This document shows, in pieces, positions 1-7,941 of a DNA stretch of 20,000 nucleotides. The stretch is from an uncultured virus (IMG/VR IMGVR_UViG_3300042894_005760) (taxonomy: Duplodnaviria; Heunggongvirae; Uroviricota; Caudoviricetes), in the IMG/VR virus record IMGVR_UViG_3300042894_005760, one strand, 5' to 3'. Position 1 is the first letter of the stretch, and every line of letters begins with the position of its first letter. Made by a program: the position numbers and the translations under genes. The notes below the pieces were generated by a model, which saw only the letters and a list, made by a program, of their open reading frames with translations, was not told the origin of the DNA and made no database searches.

Positions 1-22
1 TGATAACCAAACTTGGTAGAAT

Positions 23-50
23 AAAAAAACCCACTTAATAGTGGGTTTTT
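23..50. terminator. Bidirectional intrinsic terminator
   Basis: AAAAACCCACT-TAAT-AGTGGGTTTTT perfect hairpin with A/T tails, abutting the stop of the minus-strand ORF at 49. Confidence 0.85.
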
Positions 51-243
51 ACTTTACATATGTTTTTATTATTTCAATCATATCATTTTGATAACCATCA
101 AATAGATTTCTTCTATTTAAAATAGAACGAGAAACTCCTAATTCATCACTATCATAATAAGTGAACACTTTACCTAAATTGACAAAGTGTTCAAGTCTTC
201 CAGTTAGTTTCCAACGAATACATATTATAGTACTACTCCTCAT
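49..243 (-). CDS. Hypothetical protein (64 aa, MRSSTIICIRWK...)
   Basis: Start moved from 354 to ATG 243, which overlaps the phosphoesterase stop (ATGAGGAGTAG), suggesting translational coupling. Ends at the terminator. Confidence 0.7.
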   Translation of the reverse strand: MRSSTIICIRWKLTGRLEHFVNLGKVFTYYDSDELGVSRSILNRRNLFDGYQNDMIEIIKTYVK

Positions 244-985
244 ATTCTCTTTCTTCCCACAATTCACCAACACCCAATACTCTATGTATGATACCATCAA
301 TATTTGTTGTATCACTACGATGAAAATGTCCATAGTAGTGGTGAGTAACATCATTATTCATTTTAATAGTTTGAAACGCCATAGTAATCATTCTTCTTTC
401 ATCTAAGAGATCCATTTTAAGTGCAGGATCTGCATAAATAAATTGATTTACAAAGTCACCAAATCCATTACTATTATCCGGAACACAGTAATCTGGTGCA
501 TTGTGAGTAACCACAATATTAATATCTCGTAAATCAACTAACTTATCATCTTCCCAATTGAAGATTTCATCTGGCCACCAACTTTCGTTCATACCTTTTA
601 TGTCATATCGACCAATCGCCTGATTTTTAGTTTTACGCATTTTACGGTCTATACTTACTGCACCACCAATACATAAGATGTTTTTACCTTCTAAATTAAG
701 AACAGTATAATCTTTTAAAAGTTTAATGTTAGTAAATCCAAATGGATCATTATCAAAGTAACCAGGAAAGTCATGGTTTCCTCTTATTGCATATAAGAAA
801 ACATTGCGTTTAACAAGTTCATTATGTACAAACTCTAAAGTACGTTTTTCTTTTAATAGTCCATTAAATCCTACGCCAAAGTCACCCACTTGGATTATGT
901 GAGCGTCCTTAATATCAAATCGTTTAAGATACTGAGTAACTAAGTTAAAGTTGCCGTGCAAATCACCCAAAAACATCAAGCGCAT
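233..985 (-). CDS. Calcineurin-like metallophosphoesterase
   Basis: All five motifs present: GDLHG, VGDFG, GNHD, THNAP, GHFH. Confidence 0.93.
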   Translation of the reverse strand: MRLMFLGDLHGNFNLVTQYLKRFDIKDAHIIQVGDFGVGFNGLLKEKRTLEFVHNELVKRNVFLYAIRGNHDFPGYFDNDPFGFTNIKLLKDYTVLNLEGKNILCIGGAVSIDRKMRKTKNQAIGRYDIKGMNESWWPDEIFNWEDDKLVDLRDINIVVTHNAPDYCVPDNSNGFGDFVNQFIYADPALKMDLLDERRMITMAFQTIKMNNDVTHHYYGHFHRSDTTNIDGIIHRVLGVGELWEEREYEE

Positions 986-1004
986 AGTTTCTATTTTTAA
1001 TTAT

Positions 1005-1031
1005 TTATATGCAAATATATGAAATTAGTTT
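1005..1031 (-). promoter_or_regulatory. Promoter region: AAAC-N17-ATATAA overlapping a Bacteroidota-type TAnnTTTG box (1012-1019)
   Basis: Minus strand reads AAACTAATTTCATATATTTGCATATAA, ending 20 nt before ATG 985. Confidence 0.5.
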
Positions 1032-1051
1032 GAAAGGAACAATTAAAACTT

Positions 1052-1060
1052 TAATATATA
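1052..1060 (+). promoter_or_regulatory. Putative late promoter TAATATATA
   Basis: Recurrent intergenic 9-mer upstream of starts; resembles the T4 late promoter TATAAATA. Confidence 0.55.
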
Positions 1061-1080
1061 CAAGAAATGTATGATAACAA

Positions 1081-1914
1081 ATGGAAGATATAATTAACAT
1101 AATAAAAAGAGAGTATCCAAAAAGTGGATATAAAAAAACTGCAGACATTTTAAATTTAAGTGTTTTTAAATTAAAAAATATTATTAAAAAGAACAATATA
1201 GTTTTACAAGAAAGAGTTAGAAAAGTATCAATAGAAAATTTTAATAATATTGATAAAAAGGAAGTTGCATACTTTTTGGGATTTTTTTGGTCCGATGGTT
1301 ACATTTCAAGAGATGAAATAACAATACAGATAAAAAAAACTGATGGTATAATAATATATTCTATATTAAATACATTTGGCGAATGGAGAATAACAGACCG
1401 AGATAAAAAGTTAAATGGTAAACATTTTGAACAAAGTATAATTAGAATAAATGATAAATATATCAAGGAATTTTTAATAGATAATGACTTCGATAAAAAG
1501 TCTCTATTATCACCATCTAAAATTTTAAAAATAATACCTGATAGTCTAAAACCTTATTTTTTTAGAGGATTGGTTGATGGTGATGGATGCTTCTGTTCAA
1601 AAAATAGAAACTATTTTTCAATAACTGGTAATATAAATCAAGATTGGATAGATTTTGAAGAATTATTAAATTCATTAAATATTCAATATTCACTGAGTAG
1701 AAAAGAAAGAAATACTGGTAAATCTAGTTATATTGTAATATCATCTAAAATAGATATAATAAAGTTGGGTAATTATTTATATGGTGAAAATTTTGATGAA
1801 ATTGGTCTAAAAAGGAAATATGATATATATAATGAGATTAAAAATAAACCTACTTTGAAAAATAAACCAATAAAAGAACATAATAGATATTATGGTAAAC
1901 TTATTATAGAATAA
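1081..1914 (+). CDS. Free-standing double-motif LAGLIDADG homing endonuclease
   Basis: Two LAGLIDADG-type helices, AYFLGFFWSDGYI and YFFRGLVDGDGCF. N-terminal HTH-like segment (YKKTADILNLSVFKLK) and C-terminal GLKRK. Confidence 0.88.
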   Translation: MEDIINIIKREYPKSGYKKTADILNLSVFKLKNIIKKNNIVLQERVRKVSIENFNNIDKKEVAYFLGFFWSDGYISRDEITIQIKKTDGIIIYSILNTFGEWRITDRDKKLNGKHFEQSIIRINDKYIKEFLIDNDFDKKSLLSPSKILKIIPDSLKPYFFRGLVDGDGCFCSKNRNYFSITGNINQDWIDFEELLNSLNIQYSLSRKERNTGKSSYIVISSKIDIIKLGNYLYGENFDEIGLKRKYDIYNEIKNKPTLKNKPIKEHNRYYGKLIIE

Positions 1915-1923
1915 TAATATATA
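1915..1923 (+). promoter_or_regulatory. Putative late promoter TAATATATA
   Basis: Exact motif 21 nt before ATG 1945. Confidence 0.55.
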
Positions 1924-1944
1924 CTAAAAAATATAATAAAAATA

Positions 1945-2316
1945 ATGGAACATAAAGAAGATTCAGTAACTCTGAAGTTTTTAAAAGACACTCTTAAAAA
2001 AGGTACTGACTTCGCACAAGAATTTTGGGAAGGTACTAAAAGAGAAGCTACTGAAACTAAAATATCGATTCTAATCATTAGAAAAATGATTCAGGATAAA
2101 GAAGTAACAGATGGTGAAATTAAGTTCTTAAAAGAGCACTCAATGGATTTGGTGAAGCTTGTACCATTAGTTTTAATCTCTGGTATTCCTATTCCAGTTC
2201 CTATAACACCATTATTAATTGCCTTGGGTAAAAAATATGGATTTGACTTTCTTCCAAAAGATAATAGACACTACTTAACAGATACTAAAGTTAAAGGAAA
2301 AGAAAGAGAGATTTAA
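1945..2316 (+). CDS. Small membrane-associated protein with LETM1-like segment
   Basis: EVTDGEIKFLKEHSMDLVKLVPLVLISGIPIPVPITPLL...FLP resembles the LETM1 Pro-rich TM region (DLFRLVPF..F..VP....LLP....FPNMLP). Recalled similarity only. Confidence 0.6.
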   Translation: MEHKEDSVTLKFLKDTLKKGTDFAQEFWEGTKREATETKISILIIRKMIQDKEVTDGEIKFLKEHSMDLVKLVPLVLISGIPIPVPITPLLIALGKKYGFDFLPKDNRHYLTDTKVKGKEREI

Positions 2317-2843
2317 TTAATTCTAATTTTCATTCCACATAACTCATCATTCCAAATATGTGACTTATCATTTATTAGATCAGATATATCTAAATTATAA
2401 TTTGTTTCTTTTGAACTACTTAGCTTTTTAATTATTTCAATTTCTCCTCTTCTAATTGAATATCTTCTTTTTAAAATAGTTAAAAATGGTATAAAGTGAT
2501 CTTTAGTTTCACTCCATTTTAGATTTTTAAATCCACCATTTGTTTTTAGATTTTCTAAAGTTATAATAAATTCTTTGTGTGGTGGATTTAACTCACCAAC
2601 TTCTATTTTTAATCCTCCATCTACAAGCCAAACTAAACTATTCTCACAAAAATCCTTCAAATTATCTATAAATAAATCTCTCTGCTTCCTCTCATCTTCT
2701 GTTAGTTGAGTAGGTTGTTCAGTGTATCTTTTATAATCCATTAATCTTCTTTCTGCCATTTTAGGATTCTTTTTACGAAGTTGTCCGTTAACATCTCTAA
2801 AATGTCCTTCTGGAGTTTCTTCTTTACCAAACTTATAATTCAT
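2313..2843 (-). CDS. Hypothetical phage protein (176 aa)
   Basis: Long ORF whose start overlaps the GH108 stop (TAATG). Confidence 0.8.
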   Translation of the reverse strand: MNYKFGKEETPEGHFRDVNGQLRKKNPKMAERRLMDYKRYTEQPTQLTEDERKQRDLFIDNLKDFCENSLVWLVDGGLKIEVGELNPPHKEFIITLENLKTNGGFKNLKWSETKDHFIPFLTILKRRYSIRRGEIEIIKKLSSSKETNYNLDISDLINDKSHIWNDELCGMKIRIN

Positions 2844-3832
2844 TATTCTACAAATACTATTTTTTGTAATCTATCTAACCAACCATCACCATGTCTTTTA
2901 AAAGTTCTGGCTTCTTTATATCTATCTTCACGATACTTTTTAATAGTATTAAAAAGTTTATCTTGTTCCAATGAATTAAGTTGTTTAATGTAATCACCTT
3001 CAAATGGATTTACATCATCAGATATTTCAATTCCATTATCTCTTAAAACATTTCTCAATACTGATTTCATTCCTGAAATTCCTTGATTTACACATCCATC
3101 ATAAACAACGTCTGCTACTGATTGATTACAGAATCTTTCAATTTTTTGATCATCCCAGTATTGATTTTTATAAATATCTAAAGCGGTTTCATATGATAAG
3201 TTCATCATATCTTCTTTTTTAGGTAGTTTACCTAAATATTTCATTAGAACTGGTGCAGAGATACCATATTTACTACCAACAAATCTTTTTAACTTTTTAC
3301 CACCCATTTCAAAATCTACAAAGTTTCCAGTATCACCTTTATCATTTGAATAGTCTCCTTCTGCAAGAGCTACGGCTTTTTGAGAAACCTCAAAAGAAGC
3401 TTTCTTAGTAACTTTAATAAACTCTTTGACTATTTTCTTGTCTGCCTTATATTGATCTGCTGATTGCGTTAAATAAGCCACTGAACCGAATAATAGGAAC
3501 ACACTTGCATAGTTAATTAAAAGTTTTCTTCTAGTTTTTTCTGGAAGAAGTTTTATTTTATCTAATAGTTTATAAAAGTATTTTATAACTTGATCTTTTG
3601 GTAATTTAGATAAGAAAGCTTTTAACTTTTCTAAAACTTTAGAAGTCGTAGATGTAGTTGGTTTAGTTAAATCCCATTCAAAAGTAACCGGTTTTTCTTC
3701 TACTGGTTTTTCAGTTTCTTTTTTCATATCCCAAGTGAATGTAGGACTAGGTTCGTCAGATTCTAATAATAAAAAAATATCATTTATTATAGATTCAAAT
3801 AAAAAATCATTATATTTGTACAAATTATTCAT
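2843..3832 (-). CDS. Glycoside hydrolase family 108 muramidase with N-terminal extension and hydrophobic segment
   Basis: EGDYSNDKGDTGN...KYGIS (GH108 EGGY.N.P.D.GG...GI motif), IYKNQYWD, YDGCVNQG and a C-terminal PG_binding_3-like FKRHGDGWLDRL. Confidence 0.85.
   Translation of the reverse strand: MNNLYKYNDFLFESIINDIFLLLESDEPSPTFTWDMKKETEKPVEEKPVTFEWDLTKPTTSTTSKVLEKLKAFLSKLPKDQVIKYFYKLLDKIKLLPEKTRRKLLINYASVFLLFGSVAYLTQSADQYKADKKIVKEFIKVTKKASFEVSQKAVALAEGDYSNDKGDTGNFVDFEMGGKKLKRFVGSKYGISAPVLMKYLGKLPKKEDMMNLSYETALDIYKNQYWDDQKIERFCNQSVADVVYDGCVNQGISGMKSVLRNVLRDNGIEISDDVNPFEGDYIKQLNSLEQDKLFNTIKKYREDRYKEARTFKRHGDGWLDRLQKIVFVE
3811..3818 (+). promoter_or_regulatory. Putative Bacteroidota sigma -7 box (TATATTTG)
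   Basis: Matches TAnnTTTG, 36 nt before ATG 3855. Confidence 0.4.
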
Positions 3833-3836
3833 AAAC

Positions 3837-3845
3837 TATATATTA
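3837..3845 (-). promoter_or_regulatory. Putative late promoter TAATATATA
   Basis: Exact motif 4 nt before ATG 3832 (minus strand). Confidence 0.55.
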
Positions 3846-3854
3846 AAAAATTAA

Positions 3855-4460
3855 ATGAAAAGACTATTATTATTTCCATTTGTATTTCTTTATAACACCA
3901 TAAAGAAAAATATTTTAAAAACTATTTGGATAGCACTTGCTATTATTGGATTTCATTTTTCACAGGGTTATAAAGAGGATGTTATTGAATCAAAAACTGC
4001 AACTCATGTTATAAAAACTGATAAAAACTACACTTATTTTTTTGAAGAAGGAGACAATCGTTATTCAACAATGGTTTTTGATGGACCATTAAAGAACAAT
4101 ACTTATGTTTATAAAGATACTCAAGGTGAATATATTTGGTTACAAGCATTAGGCTGGGTATCACTTATTATTTTAGTAATTGGATTCTTTGTTGGACTCG
4201 GTGAAGATGAAGTTTCGTGGGAATTTGATGAATGTTTTGAAAGATCATTATCTTTTTTAATTGATTGTGAATTTGAGGATAATAAGTTTTATTATTTTGC
4301 ACTTGGTAGATTAATTAGAAAAAGTGATAGACAGATAAGTGACCATTATAGAAATATTGCAAATGAGTTAAATATTCATAGTTTTAGTGATATATTAAAT
4401 TGTCCTAAGTTTATGACAAGATCACAAAGAAGAGGTAAGTTATTAGATGAATTAGTATAA
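3855..4460 (+). CDS. Hypothetical membrane protein (about 2 TM helices)
   Basis: Hydrophobic segments TIWIALAIIGFHF and IWLQALGWVSLIILVIGFFVGL. C-terminus RRGKLLDELV. Confidence 0.8.
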   Translation: MKRLLLFPFVFLYNTIKKNILKTIWIALAIIGFHFSQGYKEDVIESKTATHVIKTDKNYTYFFEEGDNRYSTMVFDGPLKNNTYVYKDTQGEYIWLQALGWVSLIILVIGFFVGLGEDEVSWEFDECFERSLSFLIDCEFEDNKFYYFALGRLIRKSDRQISDHYRNIANELNIHSFSDILNCPKFMTRSQRRGKLLDELV

Positions 4461-4486
4461 AAAAAGTCCCAATTTGGGACTTTTTT
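4459..4486. terminator. Bidirectional intrinsic terminator
   Basis: AAAAAAGTCCC-AATTT-GGGACTTTTTT between convergent genes. Confidence 0.88.
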
Positions 4487-4964
4487 ATTTATTGTAGTTT
4501 TTCAAAAGATCAACTAATCGATTTAGTGTTTCATCATCTAATGAGTACCAACCTTCATCGTTTGTTATCTCTCTAATTTCTTTGTTAAGTTGTTCTTTGT
4601 CAACTCCGTCTTCACATAACCAGTGGTATAATTCTACACACTCAGTTGCCAAATCGAATTGATTATACCCAGTAGATTCATTTTTCAAATCTCTTAAATC
4701 AGAAACTTCACTAGGATTACCTTTTTTCCCTCTTTTTCCTTTTTTCTTTCCATTGAAACTGTTTATTGGTGTTTTAGTTTGAACTCCACCTAATCCAAAT
4801 CCAATGTCACCTGAACCCGAAGTTCCTGGTACACCTGGTAATGGACCAACTTGTGCCGCAACAACTGGACCCATTCCTGCGGTATTTGATGCATTGACAG
4901 TAGCAGTTCCACCACCACCTTCTCCATCTTCAAAAAACTTTTGATACTTTTTTAAATATTTCAT
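4485..4964 (-). CDS. Hypothetical Gly-rich protein, possibly virion-internal (159 aa, MKYLKKYQKFFEDG...)
   Basis: Start reassigned from 5006 to ATG 4964, directly after TAATATATA. N-terminal motif shared with other genes in the window. Confidence 0.8.
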   Translation of the reverse strand: MKYLKKYQKFFEDGEGGGGTATVNASNTAGMGPVVAAQVGPLPGVPGTSGSGDIGFGLGGVQTKTPINSFNGKKKGKRGKKGNPSEVSDLRDLKNESTGYNQFDLATECVELYHWLCEDGVDKEQLNKEIREITNDEGWYSLDDETLNRLVDLLKNYNK

Positions 4965-4968
4965 AGTA

Positions 4969-4977
4969 TATATATTA
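4969..4977 (-). promoter_or_regulatory. Putative late promoter TAATATATA
   Basis: Exact motif 4 nt before ATG 4964. Confidence 0.55.
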
Positions 4978-4988
4978 AATAAAAAAAC

Positions 4989-4996
4989 TACATTTG
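4989..4996 (+). promoter_or_regulatory. Putative Bacteroidota sigma -7 box (TACATTTG)
   Basis: Matches TAnnTTTG 4 nt before ATG 5001, which would give a nearly leaderless mRNA. Confidence 0.45.
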
Positions 4997-5000
4997 TGTC

Positions 5001-5351
5001 ATGCAATTAAAAATTAATAGACTATCATATCAAAAGTTATGTGTACATAACACCGTTGAAATCAAGTGTGATGAAAAACACATTGGTTATTATGATATTA
5101 GTACTACTTATAAAATATTAGAAGATAATTTATTACAAATGTTATATTCTGATAGATTTATTACAAAACTTAGTAATATTTATGGAATAAAGAAAAAGTA
5201 TATTCAAATGAAATTAAAAAGTTCGGATGATATAACCCTTGAAAACACTAGCTATCCCGGTACTAAGATAGTTTTTGAGGTAGAATTTAATGATCCTATT
5301 TGGTTTATAAAATATAATAGAGATTTGAAAATCAGACAATTACTTAATTAA
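5001..5351 (+). CDS. Hypothetical protein (116 aa) with C-terminal RDLKIRQLLN motif
   Basis: ORF fills the gap between divergent promoters and the endolysin. Confidence 0.75.
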   Translation: MQLKINRLSYQKLCVHNTVEIKCDEKHIGYYDISTTYKILEDNLLQMLYSDRFITKLSNIYGIKKKYIQMKLKSSDDITLENTSYPGTKIVFEVEFNDPIWFIKYNRDLKIRQLLN

Positions 5352-5375
5352 TAGAAATTTTTTACAATATTTTTT

Positions 5376-5384
5376 TAATATATA
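5376..5384 (+). promoter_or_regulatory. Putative late promoter TAATATATA
   Basis: Exact motif upstream of the endolysin, a typical late gene. Confidence 0.6.
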
Positions 5385-5404
5385 AAAGAAAAATATTGTA
5401 AATT

Positions 5405-6217
5405 ATGTTATTAAAAGTAGGTTCAAAGGGAGACGATGTTAAGAAACTCCAAGAGAAATTAGGTACTACGGCTGATGGAGATTTCGGACCAGGTACAGAG
5501 AAATTAGTAAAAGAATGGCAAACTGAAAATGGTTTGACTGCAGATGGTCTTGTAGGTGATGGAACTTGGACAAAAATGTTTGGTTCGGCACCAGTTGCTG
5601 CACCGGTTACATCAGGAACTTTAAAGTTAGAAAAATTAAAAGGACACATTCCTGATGCAGTAATTGCACAAATTCCAGATACTGCTGCAAAATTTGGTAT
5701 TACTACAAATTTAAGATTAGCTCACTTTTTATCACAATGTGGTCATGAGTCAGGTGGTTTCAAAGCAGTTTCAGAAAACTTAAACTATTCAGCAGATGGA
5801 TTAGTAAAAATATTTGGTAAATATTTTAATGCTACTACTGCAGCAGGTTATGCAAGAAACCCAGAAAAAATTGCTTCTAAAGTTTATGCGTCAAGAATGG
5901 GTAACGGTAACGAAGCTTCAAAAGAAGGTTTCAAATTCAGAGGTAGAGGTTATATACAATTAACTGGTAAAGAAAACTATACAAAATTCGGTAAATTTAT
6001 TGGAGAAGATATCGCCTCAAATCCAGATTTAGTTGCAACTAAATATCCTTTAGCTTCAGCAGCATTCTTCTTTAATTCAAACGGTCTTTGGGCTATTTGT
6101 GATAAAGGTGCAGATGATGCAACAGTTACTGCGGTAACAAAAAGAGTAAATGGTGGAACTATTGGTTTAGCTGATAGAATCAAACACTTCAAAGAGTATT
6201 ATAACTTATTGAAATAA
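5405..6217 (+). CDS. Endolysin: PG_binding_1 domain plus glycoside hydrolase family 19
   Basis: LKVGSKGDDVKKLQ..DGDFGPGT..WQ..GLTADGLVG (PG-binding), and RLAHFLSQCGHESGGF, ENLNYS, FRGRGYIQLTGKENY, VTKRVNGG..GLADR (GH19). Confidence 0.95.
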   Translation: MLLKVGSKGDDVKKLQEKLGTTADGDFGPGTEKLVKEWQTENGLTADGLVGDGTWTKMFGSAPVAAPVTSGTLKLEKLKGHIPDAVIAQIPDTAAKFGITTNLRLAHFLSQCGHESGGFKAVSENLNYSADGLVKIFGKYFNATTAAGYARNPEKIASKVYASRMGNGNEASKEGFKFRGRGYIQLTGKENYTKFGKFIGEDIASNPDLVATKYPLASAAFFFNSNGLWAICDKGADDATVTAVTKRVNGGTIGLADRIKHFKEYYNLLK

Positions 6218-6218
6218 T

Positions 6219-6248
6219 AAAAAAGTCGAGTAAATCTCGACTTTTTTT
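6219..6248. terminator. Bidirectional intrinsic terminator
   Basis: AAAAAAGTCGAG-TAAAT-CTCGACTTTTTTT between convergent genes. Confidence 0.88.
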
Positions 6249-6921
6249 ATTGTAATAACTTCTCTAGTTTTGCATTTCTCATAATACATTCATATCCAAC
6301 AATAGAAACCTTAGATATAGCACTCATTATCTTTTGTTTATTAAAAAATCCATTATAAATAGAAGTATTATCTGCATCACAGTGTGTGATTTTTAAAAAT
6401 AGATTAGGTTGTAATCTAACTATAAACTTTTCAATGAATTTATTATCTTCATCACGTATTTCAATATAGAATGATTGTTCATATTCAGGTCCACAATTAA
6501 ACTGTGACCTGGTAAATCCTAGCTTATCTAAGTACTCAATAACTAAGTCCTGTTTTTTATAACGACAAGTAAGTTTAGTCTCAGTATCATAGTAAGAAAA
6601 TCTTGAAGGAAATCCTTCAAAAAAATCAATACCACCTATATGATAAGTATCATTATATTTTTCTAATTCATCATCTAACTCACCAGTAAGATAAGCTAGT
6701 TTTTCTTCTCTTGAGGAAGAATTACTTATAACTTTTTTAGTTATTTCACTATCAAAGATAAAATAAGTTTCTCCTGTTAAAGAAGTAGTACTTTCACAAT
6801 TATCTATTAGTTCTTGTGGGATTTCACTTTTTTCGTAGGTAAAAAAGGTTTCGTGTGTTTTTTCTTGTTCAGTATCTTCATCAATAAATCCAATACCTTT
6901 ACCAGTGTCTATTATTTTCAT
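6247..6921 (-). CDS. Hypothetical protein (224 aa, MKIIDTGKG...) with C-terminal RNAKLEKLLQ motif
   Basis: Start reassigned from 7056 to ATG 6921, because the extension overlaps the divergent gene and AT-rich promoter DNA. Confidence 0.8.
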   Translation of the reverse strand: MKIIDTGKGIGFIDEDTEQEKTHETFFTYEKSEIPQELIDNCESTTSLTGETYFIFDSEITKKVISNSSSREEKLAYLTGELDDELEKYNDTYHIGGIDFFEGFPSRFSYYDTETKLTCRYKKQDLVIEYLDKLGFTRSQFNCGPEYEQSFYIEIRDEDNKFIEKFIVRLQPNLFLKITHCDADNTSIYNGFFNKQKIMSAISKVSIVGYECIMRNAKLEKLLQ

Positions 6922-6926
6922 AGTTA

Positions 6927-6962
6927 TTATATAAAAAACAAAAAAATGGTTTTTCAAATATA
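6927..6962 (-). promoter_or_regulatory. Promoter region: TATATTTG (6955-6962) followed by AAAC-N16-ATATAA
   Basis: Minus strand reads TATATTTGAAAAACCATTTTTTTGTTTTTTATATAA just upstream of ATG 6921. Confidence 0.5.
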
Positions 6963-6969
6963 ATATATA
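6961..6969 (+). promoter_or_regulatory. Putative late promoter TAATATATA
   Basis: Exact motif upstream of ATG 6996. Confidence 0.55.
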
Positions 6970-6995
6970 ATTAAACAAAAAATATAGAAATATAA

Positions 6996-7337
6996 ATGAA
7001 ACACTTAAAAAGATTTGAAACTTATTCAATAAATGAAGAAGAAGGTAAAATATCACAGTTTTTTAGAGGACATGATTCAAGTGAAGATAGAGATACAAAG
7101 ATGAGAGAATTCTTTAAAGAATTAGATTCTTACGAAGAACAAGCCAAAAATGATACTGAAATTGTATTTAACAGACAATCTTTAGAGAAAAAAGCCAAAG
7201 ACAACAACTATAAAGGTCATTTGGAAGCTAGAGATTCTAGAAGTGGTGGTACATACATTATATATGTTGACGGTGTATCTGATTTTGGAAAACTTGCATC
7301 ACTTGCTGCAAATAAAAGAAACAATCCACTAAATTAA
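6996..7337 (+). CDS. Hypothetical protein, possibly virion-internal (MKHLKRFETYSINEE)
   Basis: 113-aa ORF with the shared N-terminal motif and a late-type promoter. Confidence 0.82.
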   Translation: MKHLKRFETYSINEEEGKISQFFRGHDSSEDRDTKMREFFKELDSYEEQAKNDTEIVFNRQSLEKKAKDNNYKGHLEARDSRSGGTYIIYVDGVSDFGKLASLAANKRNNPLN

Positions 7338-7394
7338 GATTTTTCCTACATTATAAAAATAATATATATGATTGGTAAACACCAACCAATGAAT

Positions 7395-7430
7395 AAAAAG
7401 TCTCGTATCTATTAAGAACGAGACTTTTTT
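7395..7430. terminator. Probable bidirectional terminator overlapping the 3' end of the 7412-7834 gene
   Basis: AAAAAGTCTCGT-(11 nt)-ACGAGACTTTTTT between convergent genes. Confidence 0.7.
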
Positions 7431-7834
7431 AGTATCTTTTTATCTACTTTATCTAAAGATTTTAAACCATTTTCATTGATTTTATCTAAAACATCATCAA
7501 CGGTTTCGTTATCTAATCGAAATCTTCTAAACAATTTGGGAGTAAGTGTTTCTACTTCTGGATATAATCTTTGAAGTTCACCAGAAATAACTTTGTCAGA
7601 AACATCTTTAACTTCAATTACAAAGTATTTTTTCATTATATCAACAACTCTTTTTAATTTTATAGTATCCAATCTAACGAACATTTCATCGTTATCAGAA
7701 AATCCTATATAATTAGTATCTTTTTCATTTAAAGAAAGTGCAACTTCCTCAAAAAATGGATGTGAAAAATCATTATCATCCGAATTAATGTTTTCAACAT
7801 CTTCTACAATAGTTATTTGATATATTCTATTCAT
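7412..7834 (-). CDS. Hypothetical protein with C-terminal DUF6576-like helical motif
   Basis: C-terminus VDDVLDKINENGLKSLDKVDKKIL matches the recalled ID.ILDKI...G..SLT..EK..L pattern. Confidence 0.75.
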   Translation of the reverse strand: MNRIYQITIVEDVENINSDDNDFSHPFFEEVALSLNEKDTNYIGFSDNDEMFVRLDTIKLKRVVDIMKKYFVIEVKDVSDKVISGELQRLYPEVETLTPKLFRRFRLDNETVDDVLDKINENGLKSLDKVDKKILKKSRS

Positions 7835-7891
7835 ATCTTATATATTTATATCTCAAATATAAAACAAATAATTTAATTACCAAAATAATTC

Positions 7892-7918
7892 TAACTTTTT
7901 TTGTAAAAATGTATATAA
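7892..7918 (+). promoter_or_regulatory. Putative middle promoter (T)AAC-N17-ATATAA
   Basis: Same bipartite motif as before the helicase genes. Confidence 0.5.
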
Positions 7919-7941
7919 AATAAAAAATAGACGGAAATAAA

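Noticed and set aside
986..1945. Group I intron or intein hosting the LAGLIDADG ORF
   Set aside because: The flanks are short and AT-rich with no room for a ribozyme core, the neighbouring genes are intact, and there are no intein terminal residues.
161..3222. Short ORFs 161-406, 1005-1196, 1890-2078, 2781-2993 and 3004-3222
   Set aside because: Antisense shadows of well-supported genes, with no recognisable motifs.
3855..4460. Holin call for the 2-TM protein between the lysins
   Set aside because: It is divergent from GH108, separated from GH19 by a terminator, has large soluble domains and shows no recognisable holin motif.
4965..7056. Long N-terminal extensions in the ORF track (starts at 5006 and 7056; also 354 and 9704)
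   Set aside because: They run through AT-rich promoter DNA or overlap neighbouring genes. Downstream ATGs fit the promoter motifs better.
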